The notes beneath the pieces were generated by a model. The model was given only the letters and a program-made list of their open reading frames with translations, did no database searches and was not told the origin of the DNA. A stretch of DNA of 64,000 nucleotides, from contig NC_058382.1 in the NCBI RefSeq assembly GCF_018350175.1, positions 57,538,001 to 57,602,000 of the forward strand, read 5' to 3'. Made by a program: the position numbers and the translations under genes. Source of the DNA: Felis catus. Lineage: Eukaryota. This document shows, piece after piece, positions 10,853-22,396 of the stretch. Position 1 is the first letter of the stretch; each line of letters opens with the position of its first letter.

Positions 10853-13800
10853 GTCTGTGAATGGCCGCTCGCCACCCTGTGCAAGTTGCCTACGAAGTGT
10901 GGTATTTTTCTGATGAGATCAGTCCTAAAGGCCAGACGGATTTTCTGTTCCTGGTGGTGGTGTTAGCCTCCTTAACAATGAGTAGACAGGTAGCTTAGGC
11001 ACGGGGTAGAAAACATCCGAAACTCAGAGCAGGAGCGTGAGGGTCGTTAGAGATACACCTTGACTCGCTTGTTCTTTGCCGCAACTCAAAGACGTGGATG
11101 GGACAGGAGGAAAAAGCCATGGGATGTGTGTCCCCACTTGGGGGCCCCAAAACTCCAAGGACACGTCCATTGACAAGCCAGCACCTGACCTAGCGGTCGG
11201 GGTCATGTGTTGCGTACCTGGATATTAAGGGCCCGGAGTCTTTCCCCCAGTCTGCCTTTCTGGGACCCCAGGAGCGAGTGAGGGTGGGTTCCCTATGGCC
11301 AGCCTACCAACCTGTGTCATGCTGGCCACATCAGGATCACCCTGGGAGGGGGGAATGTATCCAATTCGGAATGCATATACCGGGCCCCACCCCAGACCTA
11401 CTAAATTACAATCTGAGAGCAGGACCTGGGAATCTGTACCTTCAGCAGACTCGAGGCTACTGTAAATAAGGATTGGGGGACCAATTTTCAGGCCAGTCTC
11501 CGTTCACACCTGTTCCTCTATAAATATCAGTAACACCTCTTTTTTTCTTTAAAAAAATATATATTTTTTAAAATTTTTTTATCACCACTTTTCTTTAAAA
11601 GTGGCCCCTTTGCAGATTTAAATGTTCTGCTTACCTCAGATCGTGCGTTTTCACCGGGGCCAATATTGCCCCCAAAATTGGTTCTTGGGAGAGGGGAGGG
11701 TTTAAAAAGAATTTTCTTTTTTGCGACCAGAGAGCACAGCTATACATACAGTTCACGTACAAATACACAGGATACGTGTGGCGTTAGAATCTCATGGGCG
11801 CCGTTAGGAAAAAATATGTCAAAAGAAGACTGAAAAAAGACGGAGGTAACCACTTTAGATAAAGGGACCTGTGAGCAGCGTGTAGATTTGAGGGCAAAAC
11901 AGAGGTTCTGCAGATGTGCACAGAAGGAAAACGGGGTAGAATTTTCAGGAGAGGTGGGTTCTCCGGAGAAACGGGCTCTTATTTCCATCTGAGTTACCGA
12001 GAAGGCTCTTGCCAAGCCCGGCTTTATCTGCCGCGAAAACCCAGAAAGGTCTCGCGGCTGTCTCAAAGAGGCTTTGTTTCAGAGCCTGGCTGCAGAGACA
12101 GTACGGCTTTCTGAGCGTGGTGATAGTGCTGGAAATCTTTGTCCCCGAAAGGCGCGTTCCGGGTTCGTTTCTGTCGGAATCTATCCCGTGGTTACACGGT
12201 ATCCGTGTTTCTGACTTACTGTACTTAAAGAGGGCCCGGAGGGGAAGTGTAGCCTGGATTTTCTAGACGCCAAACACACCCAGGTAGCCAGCCCCCAGAT
12301 TACAGCAGAGATTACCGGACCCTCCAGTCCCAGTCGCCAGCTTCCGGGACTGGAGTGTTGTCTGCCCTTGAACTCAGTGCGAGTCAGGCTCCTTTCGCCG
12401 GTTACTACGCCTCTGAGGTCTGGCCCTGTTGCTTGCTGCCTTTAAGCGGTAGGCTGTTCACCTTCCGGGCGCGATGGAGTCTTCCATTGTGTGACGGCCG
12501 CTGCTGGTTCATCTGCTCTGAAATGTGTTGATCCGTTCTGATGATGAATCCCGTTTGCATGTAAAACACTCCGGACGTGCTGCATTCTGGCTAGGGTTGG
12601 CTGCTGAGGGCCTGTGTTTCTTCTCTCACGTCGCCTTGCCGCTGGTGGAGGCACTCAAACAGGGAATAAATGACCGAGTAAGAGTTAGCACCATCGAAGA
12701 GTGCGGGGGTCGAAGCTTCTAGGTTTTAGGAAACGCTGCGACTCTGTTGCTGAGGTCCCTTTGAAACCGGGAGGTCGTGTTTGGTGTTTTTTGGTTTTGG
12801 GTTTTTTTTTTCTCTTTTGAAAGGCTTCATCTCTGCCGCTGCACTAAAATATCCAGAAACGGGTTGTCACTGAGACCCAGGTGAAGAATGAGCGTGCCTA
12901 CTTAGCATGGAGACCCAGTTTTAGAAACAGTGGCTGCCCTTTTCCCTGCCCTGGCTCACTGGAGCAGATGGTCCTCTCCGCAGCTGTCATCTGGGGCTGT
13001 CCCCATCCCCCACCCCCTCCAGGGGGCTGGTTTTTCTTTTTACGCCGCAGCTGGGGGTCCTGTGTGCACCCATTGAAGTGTGCTGGCCCCGCATCCCCAC
13101 CAGCTTACAGACAACCGGGGGCCTGGGGCGGGGCATACAGCCCACCTGACGCCCCTCGCTTCCGGGGGCTTTGAGCCTTCACGGTCACGAGAGGGCCTGC
13201 CGCTGTGGTGCTTTGACGCTTCCTTCCTCGAGTCCGTGCCCAAGAGGGGCCCCGAGCCGGGGTGTGTTGCAGCCCAGACCAGGCCAGCCGGGCTCTCTCT
13301 GCCGGTAACCAGAATAGGCGGAGAGATCCACGTATGGAACCTCCGAGAAACCGTCCTGTGATGTGAGAACAACACAGCCTGGCTCTCCGCACTTGGAAGG
13401 GAAGGCAGCTTCGGGCAGTACCTGTTAGGCGTCCACGTCACAAGTCTGAGAACGTTGCCCGCACCTGTAACCTACAGGGAGCGGTGGGTGTTGGGAGTGG
13501 CCGGATGAGGAGGGACTGTGGGGAAACAGTTATTACCCCCGTCACGGGTGTGTTGGGAGGAAGGGAAGAAGGCGATGACACACAGCAGGACACAGGTTGC
13601 AAAGTGGCCTGCGGGGACCTGGCAGTCCCCCCCCACAGCTGCTCACACCTGCTGAGCCCTCAGCCCACCTCCCCTCACCTGCACCACTTCCCCTTTGAGG
13701 CTCGGTGCCCGGCCAGCCCTGTCTGCCGACACCCTCAAATAGACCAGCTATGTCACCAATGTGCCTGGACGGCCTGTGCCTCCCTGTACTGAATTTCGTG

Positions 13801-15183
13801 GTGTTTCTGACGTAAACAAACCGGGCGGTGTGTGGATCCCGAGCCCCCGGAGCCTGATTGGTCTTCCAAAGATGGAGACGCTGCTGCCTGGGTCTGTCGT
13901 GGCCTCGTGCCCTCCAAAGCACGTGGCAGGCAGACAGCACTCTGCAAACGTCTCCCGACCTGGGTTGCTTGAATGGACCCATTTTCGTTGTTCACGTGAA
14001 CTGATTTGTTGATTCCGGTGCCGTGTGGTGATTAAAAGTTCGGGCTCTGGAATGAGACCTAGCCGCAAATCCCAGCCCTGCCTCTCAGCCACTGTGGGAC
14101 TTTGGGCAAGTTTCCGAGTCTCTGAACCTCAGTTTCTCCTCATCTGGGAAATGGGCATGATTACAGACCTTCCCTTGGAGGAGGGTCATTGTGACCCGCG
14201 AATGAGAGAGCACATACCCAGCGCACAGTGCGAGATTCGTATAAGCCCTGCCCTGGGGAAGAGGCCACGCTCCTGCACTTTTCCTGATTTCTCGCTTTTC
14301 TGAAAGTAGGACCCCCAGAGCACTTTAGTCGGGATGCATCGCGGAGTCTCTGGGACCCGCCCCATCCCTGGACCCATCAGTAGAAGTGGGAGCCCCTCGC
14401 ATGGCTCGGTGCTAAGCATTTTCTAGAACACGGAGTGAGCAGTCTTCCTTGGTGGGAGGCCTCGGTGGGAACTCTGGGTCTCCTGGAACGGCGCCCCGTC
14501 CTCTTAACGTCCCATCCGGAGTGGTAAACGCCCTCGTCCGCACTTGTGAGACCAGGAAAAGGGGGCTCAGAGGCTTCTCAGGGCTTTCTCAAGATCACTC
14601 AGCTAGTAAGTAGCAGACCTCGGATTCAAACCCAGCTTCTGTCCGCGTTTACAGGCTATACCTGAGCAACTGGGCTGCCCCTACGGGACGGCCATTTTTA
14701 AACCTATCTGCTCCGGACCCACAGTAAGAAAGGGGGCAGGGAGAGAAAAAATAAAACTTTGAGGAACTGTATTTAGAAAGAAAAAAACCAGGAAAGACGA
14801 ACGAGGGAAGAGAGATTACGTTTTTAGGGATTGTATTTATAAAGAAAGACGGTAGGTAGGAAGGAAAGGAGAACGTAAGTTTTTAGAAATTGCCTTTGCT
14901 AGGCCACGTTGTTTGGTAAGTGATCTCTGCCCCCACTGTGGGGCTCAAGGCCACACCCCGAGGTCAAAAGAGTGTCCTGCTCTGGCGACTGAGCCAGCCG
15001 GGCGCCCCTTTAGGAGCTGGCATTTGAAAAGAAAGAGGGAACGCTACAGGGTGTGCACCGAATCGCAAGTGCCGGTCGTGAGGCCCGGGGTTGACCCCGG
15101 GACCCTGCTGCAGGGGGTGGGCGGGGCCGGGGGGCGGGGCTGCCGGCCGAGCCCCTGACGCGCACGCGCCCTCTCGGCCGCAG

Positions 15184-16257
15184 GTGTACCACTGGGCCGA
15201 CCACTCGACCACGGTGCTGCAGCGGCTGAACGAGCAGCGTCTCCGCGGCCTCTTCTGCGACATCGTCCTGGTGGCGGACGAGCAGCGCGTGCCGGCCCAC
15301 CGCAACCTGCTGGCCGTGTGCAGCGACTACTTCAACTCCATGTTCACCATCGGCATGCGCGAGGCCTTCCAGAAGGAGGTGGAGCTCGTGGGCGCCTCCT
15401 ACATCGGGCTCAAGGCCGTGGTGGACTTCCTGTACGGCGGGGAGCTGGCGCTGGACGGCGGCAACATCGACTACATCCTGGAGACGGCGCACCTGCTGCA
15501 GATCTGGACGGCGGTGGACTTCTGCTGCGAGTACCTGGAGCAGGAGGTGAGCGAGGACAACTACCTGTACCTGCAGGAGCTGGCCTCCATCTACAGCCTC
15601 AAGCGGCTCGACGCCTTCATCGACGGCTTCATCCTGAGCCGCTTCGGCACGCTGTCCTTCACGCCCGACTTCCTGCAGAACGTCTCCATGCAGAAGCTGT
15701 GCGTCTACCTGAGCAGCAGCCAGGTGCAGCGGGAGTGCGAGCACGACCTGCTGCAGGCCGCCCTGCAGTGGCTGACGCAGCAGCCGGAGCGCGAGGCCCA
15801 CGCCTACCAGGTGCTGGAGAACATCCACTTCCCGCTCATCCCCAAGAACGACCTGCTGCACCGCGTCAAGCCGGCCGTGTGCTCGCTGCTGCCCCGCGAG
15901 GCCAACTGCGAGGGCTTCATCGAGGAGGCGGTGCGCTACCACAACAGCCTGGCGGCCCAGCCGGTCATGCAGACCAAGCGCACGGCGCTCCGCACCAACG
16001 AGGAGCGCCTCCTGTTCGTGGGCGGCGAGGTCTCCGAGCGGTGTCTGGAGCTCAGCGATGACACCTGCTACCTGGACGCCAAGAGCGAGCAGTGGGTCAA
16101 GGAGACGCCCCTGCCGGCCCGGCGGAGCCACCACTGCGTCGCCGTGCTGGGGGGGTTCATCTTCATTGCCGGCGGCAGCTTTTCCCGGGACAACGGAGGG
16201 GATGCGGCGTCCAATCTTCTTTATAGGTATGACCCCCGCTGTAAACAGTGGATCAAG
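15184..16257 (+). CDS. KLHL36: KLHL36 large coding exon: BTB/POZ, BACK and first Kelch repeats
   Basis: cgcAG|GTG acceptor, then 1074 nt (358 codons) from [29 protein letters not shown]...[13 protein letters not shown] (BTB) to ...[11 protein letters not shown], and donor AAG|gtgaga at 16258. Confidence 0.97.
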
Positions 16258-16492
16258 GTGAGATTAAAGCCAGATTATTTCTTTACTCTTGAGGACTTTT
16301 GCTGTCTTAACCTAGCCTTGGCTGCCCCCTTGCTCTCGGGCCTCGGCCCCTGTTCTGACCGAGGCGGCGTGAGGACACAGGGGCGCGTCCGGCCCCGAGC
16401 CCGCGCCCTGCCCGGGGCGGGGGAGGGGCGAGGGAGGGGCGAGCGGCCGCCACGCAGGCGCAGACGCGGTCGTCCCGCGGCGCGGGGCACTC

Positions 16493-16700
16493 CAGTAGAA
16501 CTTTCTGCGGGCGACACAGACGTTCTGCGCCTGTGCTGTCCGATACCCCGGCCACCAGCCACGTGTGGTGACTGAGCGCTCAGAATGCGGCCAGTGGGAC
16601 CCAAGGACTGAATTTGGGGTTGTATTTCACCTGAACTAACTGACGTCTGTCCGAGTGTAAATGGCCGCACGAGGCTGGTGGCTGCCATGCTGGATGGTGT
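16493..16700. mobile_element. MER3-like hAT-Charlie element in a KLHL36 intron
   Basis: agtagaactttctgc...ctgtgctgtccgatac...gccaccagccacgtgtgg...ctgagc...ggactgaattt...ggctggtggctgccatgctgga. Confidence 0.7.
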
Positions 16701-17846
16701 CGGCCTAGAGGTTGGACCCAGGGTTCGGCCCAGAGTTGGACCCAGGGTTCGGACGGTGTTCCCCCAGAGTCGCCCCAGAGCTCCCCTTCGGGAAGGGTTT
16801 GGAGCTCGTTTAAGGAGGCCACGGAGGCTCCCACCTGGTGGCAGTCGTGGCCCAGCAGGTGTGGCGAAGGTGGTGAGACCCAAGGCTGGGTCTCGGTGTC
16901 AGGCCCGAGTTCACACCCCAGCTGTGCTGAGTCGCTGCTGGGGATTTCAGACTGCTTCCTCGCCCTCCGGATTTCCAGCTTCCGCCTCCGGAAATGGGGT
17001 CGGTAGGGGGGGTGTGGACGTCCGGAGGTCAGGGGCTGGGGCCGGTGGGGGTTGGCCAGCCCCCGGCACAGAGAAGGCAGTCCTCTCCTCCCACAAACAC
17101 CTCCCCAGACCACGACCCTCAGAAACCGGTCTGCCTTTCTGCCCGTGCCTCTGCGCTTTTACTTGGTGATTTTATCTGAGCGCGAAACTCGGAATGGGCT
17201 CCGGTGACCTTTCTGTTTTATTCTCGAAAGTCTGCAAACCCCCACCAGCGTGTAGGTCCTGCCCCTCGAAAGAGGCCCCCTGTTTGGAGCCCGTCCCCGA
17301 GAGCTCCGTAGCAGGGGCGGCCTGCAGGCGCGGTCTCCTTTGGGACTGTGTTCGTTTCTGCGTTCTGCTTGGATTGTTTAAAAAAAAAAAAAAAAGTTGA
17401 GTCTTTTGCTTTTTAATTTCCCGCTGATTGCTCCTTTCTGTCTGTCAACACGATAGCAATCAGCATTAATTCTAAGTGTCTGGTGTGGGAGGAGCAAGAG
17501 GAGACATGAGTTTTTGTTCCAGGAAACCACTAAACTGGTCATTCTGAACCATATGTTCTGCAGAATGCGAGTCCACAAGGTCAGCCACTGCCCAGGCCAG
17601 TTGGGGGACTGTGTTCTCTGTCCCCTTCCCCGGGGACAAGGTCTCAAGGGTTCTGGGAGCTCTTGAGAAGTCCTGTCCGAAGAGCCCCTCTTTCGTCAAG
17701 GGTGACTTCCTTCCCCAGATGCGCTTGGCCACTGCCTGACCTTCCCGGGCTGTGCGTCCCACAGCACGCATTTGGGAGCCGAGTGCTCGATGCTGACGTT
17801 GTCCCGAGCGTGGGGAAGGGAAGGTACAGGTGTCCCGCCTCCGCAG

Positions 17847-18004
17847 GTGGCCTCCATGAACCAGCGCCGTGTGGACTTCTACCTGGCCTCCATCGAAGAC
17901 ATGCTGGTGGCCGTCGGTGGCCGGAACGAGAACGGAGCTCTTTCTTCAGTGGAGACTTACAGCCCCAAGACCGACTCCTGGTCCTACGTGGCCGGCTTGC
18001 CGAG
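17847..18004 (+). CDS. KLHL36: KLHL36 coding exon, Kelch repeat ([12 protein letters not shown]...VAGLPR)
   Basis: ccgcAG acceptor at 17845-17846, 158 nt, Kelch GG..Y..W motif, phase-2 donor AG|gtgact at 18005. Confidence 0.96.
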
Positions 18005-19184
18005 GTGACTGGAGGCCGGGGGCGGGGCGGGCGGGGGGTGGGGGCGGGCAGAGTCCTCAGGCGGGCTCTACTCTGGGGCTCCGGTTGTCCACCTCGTCTT
18101 CTAGATGTCTTGGCCTCTAATTTCAGGAAAAATCTCCTGGTTTGTAGATAACTCTGGGTAGACTGTGGGGGCAGAGGGCGTGGTGGTAACAAGTCAGGGG
18201 ACAGACCATCCAAGTGCAATGTCACCTCTGCCGCCAAGACAGAAGTCCCTCAGTTTCCAAGTCTGTTCACTCCTGGAGCTTCAGGGAGAGAGTGTTAGGT
18301 TTAGATAGCGAGGGCTTTCCCGAGAAACATCCCTGAGCGTGGACCTGGGTTGGTCCTCAAGGTGACAGAATAGGGCTGTTGGGAGCGAGATGTTCCCAAG
18401 GAGCCTCTCCCCCCCCCCCCCTCCGCTCCACGGCATCCAGCGCCCGGGGGCCCCCCGGGGTGTCCCAGGGCTCGGAGCTCCTCCTCCTCGGTTGCCCCGC
18501 GTGCTGGTGTGCACTCAGAGAGCCCCTGTCACCCTGACGGGTTTAGCAGAAGGTGCCTGCCACTTAACGTCAGCAGTTCCCCGTGGCTGAGCGTGCAGGC
18601 ACGCGTTCCAAACCAGTCTTGCTGTGGAACGCGTCCGGCGGTCTTGGGTGCATCCCCAGGAGCTAGACAGATGAGCGGTGTGAGCATTTGGTGGTGAATC
18701 CCACCGTCCTCCAGTCCCCAGTTACTACCACCTTCGTGTGGAGGTTCTAAGAAGCCGGTGGAGCAGTGCCTTTGGCAGTTGGGAGGACCGTGTGTCACCT
18801 CTGGGCCAAGTGCTTGATATGACGAGTCCCTTGACACCCAGGGACCTGGTGGGGTGGGGGTAGGCGCCCATATAATCTGTCATCCAAACCAGGGTGGCAG
18901 TGAACGTTAACTGTAAATACCGACCCCGTCACAGGCAGACCGAGACCTGTGATCTCCTTAGGTTTAGGTACTTTTTTTTTTTTTTAATCATCCCATTTTA
19001 CAGATGGAGGAGTGAGGCTCAACGATAGTGATAAGAGCCTCTGCGGCCATCGCTGTGGGCCAGCTGGAGTGATTCACGTACCTAAACGCTAAAACAAACC
19101 TGATTTTTTTCTTTCTAAATGGGCCTTAGGGGTCCGAGGTTGGAGTAGACATAGTCTATGATGCCGTAATCGTTAGTGCGTGTG

Positions 19185-19640
19185 CTGAGCTGTCAGCACA
19201 GAGCCCGACGCGGGGCTCGAACCCACCAACTGAGATCACATTCCGAGCCCAGGTTGGACGCTTAACCGACGGGTCCACCAAGGCGCCCCCGCACGGCACT
19301 TTTTAGAGCAGTTTTAGGTGTACGGAAAATCGAGCAGGAGGTACAGATCGTTCCCATAGACTCTCCCCTGGGCTCATTCCCTCTGCGCTACATTTGTTAC
19401 AACTGACGCACCCAGGTGGCTACAAGACGCTCACCGAGGTCCGCGCTAAGCGAGGGCTCGCTGTGTCGCCTGTGCTGTAGGTTTGGACAAATGTCAGGGG
19501 TGCGCCTCCAGCCACGCGTGGCACACAGTGTTTTCACTGTCCTGTGAGCCTCCTGTGCTCCACACATTCATCCCACCCGAGCTCCAGGCCCCGACGGCCC
19601 AAGGGTTTTTTCCACTGCCCCTGTAGTCTTTTCTGGAATG
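19185..19640 (-). mobile_element. Partial SINEC (19185-19290) followed by an old L1MC-like fragment
   Basis: Antisense SINEC head, then ttttagagcagttttaggtgtacggaaaatcgagcag...tacatttgttacaactga...gtctttttctggaatgtc. Confidence 0.65.
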
Positions 19641-20041
19641 TCGCAGAGTTGAGGCTGTGCTTTGCTTCGTTCCCGTTTGCTGTATAATTTGAAGGGAACC
19701 CACGAGTGCCTCAGTCACACGGTCCCATTGTTTTTAGCTCTTACGCGAGGGATCTGCCGTGTCATTATCCCCGTCCTGACACGGGGAAATGGGCTGCGGG
19801 CACAGGCCGGGCGGTCGGGCTGCCGAGCCACGTGCGCACTTGCCTGCCCGGCTCCGCCGCTTTCTGTCCGCTGACAGCTGCCATCTGCAAAGCGTGCGGG
19901 GGCCGCCCGCTCCCTCCGTGGTCCCCTCGGGGCCCCGCGGCCCCCCCTCCCCCCCCCCCCCCCGGCGAAGAGGGAAAGCGCGGGGCCCCGGCGCGGCACT
20001 GAGCCCCCTCTGTGTCTCCGTCCGTCCGTCCGTCTCCGCAG

Positions 20042-20686
20042 GTTCACCTACGGCCACGCGGGCGCCATCTACAAGGACTTCGTGTACATCTCGGGGGGCA
20101 CGACTACCAGATCGGCCCCTACCGCAAGAACCTGCTGTGCTACGACCACCGGACGGACGTGTGGGAGGAGCGGCGGCCCATGACCACGGCGCGCGGCTGG
20201 CACAGCATGTGCAGCCTGGGCGACAGCATCTACTCCATCGGCGGCAGCGACGACAGCATCGAGTCCATGGAGCGCTTCGACGTGCTGGGCGTGGAGGCCT
20301 ACAGCCCGCAGTGCAACCAGTGGACCCGCGTGGCGCCCCTGCTGCACGCCAACAGCGAGTCGGGCGTGGCCGTGTGGCAGGGCCGCATCTACGTCCTGGG
20401 CGGCTACAGCTGGGAGAGCACGGCCTTCTCCAAGACCGTGCAGGTCTACGACCGCGACAAGGACGCGTGGAGCAGGGGCACCGACCTGCCCAAGGCCATC
20501 GCCGGCGTGTCCGCCTGCGTGTGCGCCCTGAAGCCGCGGCTGGAGGACAAGAAGAAGAAGGGCAAGGGCAAGAGGCACCAGGACCGGGGCCAGCGACCCC
20601 GCCCCCCGCCCCCCCCTCTGGGCCTCGAGGGGCCCCGGGCCCCGCCGCCCCCCGCCGGAGGCCGTAGACCAGCCACGACCCCGTAG
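20042..20686 (+). CDS. KLHL36: KLHL36 last coding exon (C-terminal Kelch repeats, basic tail). As given it has a -1 frameshift at ~20099 and reads past the expected stop (20594-20596 = CGA) to TAG at 20684-20686
   Basis: ccgcAG|G acceptor. [19 protein letters not shown] is in one frame and [16 protein letters not shown]...[15 protein letters not shown] in another, both recognisable KLHL36 sequence. Confidence 0.9.
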   Translation, partial: VHLRPRGRHLQGLRVHLGGHDYQIGPYRKNLLCYDHRTDVWEERRPMTTARGWHSMCSLGDSIYSIGGSDDSIESMERFDVLGVEAYSPQCNQWTRVAPLLHANSESGVAVWQGRIYVLGGYSWESTAFSKTVQVYDRDKDAWSRGTDLPKAIAGVSACVCALKPRLEDKKKKGKGKRHQDRGQRPRPPPPPLGLEGPRAPPPPAGGRRPATTP

Positions 20687-20766
20687 CGTCCGGACCCATC
20701 ACGTACCTCCTAGCAGCCTTTTTTACTTTGATGATGCTTGGTGTTTCTATGATATCACAGTAACCG

Positions 20767-20772
20767 ATTAAA
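20767..20772 (+). terminator. Candidate proximal polyadenylation signal (ATTAAA) of KLHL36
   Basis: ATTAAA in an AT-rich patch ~80 nt after the CDS, with a U-rich tract upstream. Confidence 0.45.
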
Positions 20773-22350
20773 TATTCTATATCATTTTACGTATCCTCTG
20801 GCTCGAGTCATTGAACCTGGGCCCAGGCAGGAGACACAACCCTCCTCTCTGTGCAGGGCCCCTTCCTCCCTCGCGACGAATCCCTGAGGGTGCCCCCCCC
20901 CCCCAAGTCCGCACCTCCCTCCACTTGGCTGAGCTTGTGCAGAATTCAGGTTCCGGGGCCCCACTTGAGAAGTATCCGTTGTAAAAGTACCAGGAGTGAG
21001 GGTGGAGGGGGTGCCTGGAGGCGGTGTGTTTCAACCGGTTCCCGGAGTGACTGAGCACTGGCCACGTCTGGCAAATCGCAGGCAAGGCCAAGCGCATTCG
21101 TGTCGTGAGTGGGGACACAGAGACCCCGACAGGGTGAGTGGGTGACTGAGTACGCTCACTGGACAGGCAGGACCTGGGACTTCTCACCAGGGAGGTGTTC
21201 CCGCCGGGATTTCCTGATCAGGTGACTCTTGTTTCTGAGTAATCCCATTTTCCTGACGGGTAGCTCTTCCCGAATTCTGAAAGGGTCTAGGTAATCCAAA
21301 AACTAAAAAAAAAAAAAAAAAAAAAAGCATGAAGCTCTTTTATAAACATTTTTCTGTAATTTGTGCTTTTTGCTTTATTTTTCCTGAACCCACTGTTAAC
21401 TTACATTACTGATGTGCTGAGCCCCCAAAATCTATGTTCCTTTCTCAGGAAAGAAAGAGTGGGCATCCTAGAACTTGCCATTGTTTTCTGTGGCTCGGCA
21501 CCAAGAAGCCCTCGGGAGCCCCTCCGGGAGCCGGCCGAGTACACGTTGCTCCCAAAGGAGGCTGTCAGGTACCCCCCTCTGCCCCCCCCCCCCCGACCCC
21601 CCCAGCTCAGCAGTCCGCTGCTCAGCCGTTTTGTGCTGCTGGGCAAGTTTTAACAGGCCCTGGCTGATCCCTCGAGCAAGCGGCAGGTCAGAATCCGAGG
21701 GCCCGGCTGCTTCCGTCTGCATAAGCTAGCAATGCGTGTTCAGCCCCTCCTCTTGAGATGTGTGACCGTCCTGTGCACATTGCCTGCAGGTGTCCCCAAC
21801 GGTTTGTGCCCTCGAAGGCGAGCTGGGGACTCTTGCCCAAGCTGCTGTGGACACAAGGACGGGGGGAAGAGAAGAGCGTGCTCGGTTTTTATCACGAGCC
21901 AAGGGAGGCGTTCGCGATGTATGCCCTGACAAAGATCAGATTGCAGAGACGAGAACACCTCAAGATTTATTGTTAACCTTGACATTGGAATATGACTCTC
22001 AGTTAACTGCCTTTAAAACGAAAAATTATCTCCTTTGTACTTCTGTTCCTTTCCCAGAAAGGATCACTGTGATTTTGAGCAGCTTGGGCGTTGAAAGCTT
22101 CCGTACCCGAATCGTGGCCCTCTGTTGTTAGTGGGGTGAGGGGTCTGCTGACTTAGCTAGTTCTGTGCACGTGGAAGTCCCTAGAGGCTTGTTGAGAGGT
22201 TCTGCGAGGCATGCAAACAATCAAACCAAAAACTCTATACTCTTCTTGGAGCTCCACAATACTTTGCTGTATTAAAGGCTCTGAGAAGTCCTGCATTAAT
22301 TTAGCATTCCATCAACCCCACGTTTCCGAACTTCACTGAGCCTGAAACCC

Positions 22351-22352
<2 letters not shown>

Positions 22353-22394
<42 letters not shown>
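22353..22394 (+). repeat. (TG)21 microsatellite in the presumed KLHL36 3' UTR
   Basis: Read directly from the sequence. Confidence 0.95.

Positions 22395-22396
<2 letters not shown>

Noticed and set aside
15010..16134. 374-aa antisense ORF and 247-aa alternative-frame ORF (15318-16061) over the KLHL36 BTB exon
   Set aside because: Expected shadows of a coding exon with extreme GC3; no recognisable protein and no independent gene signals.
16711..16752. 18-bp direct repeat gttggacccagggttcgg
   Set aside because: Simple slippage duplication with two copies; no array structure.
19734..20702. Antisense and off-frame ORFs over the last KLHL36 exon
   Set aside because: Shadows of a GC-rich coding exon.
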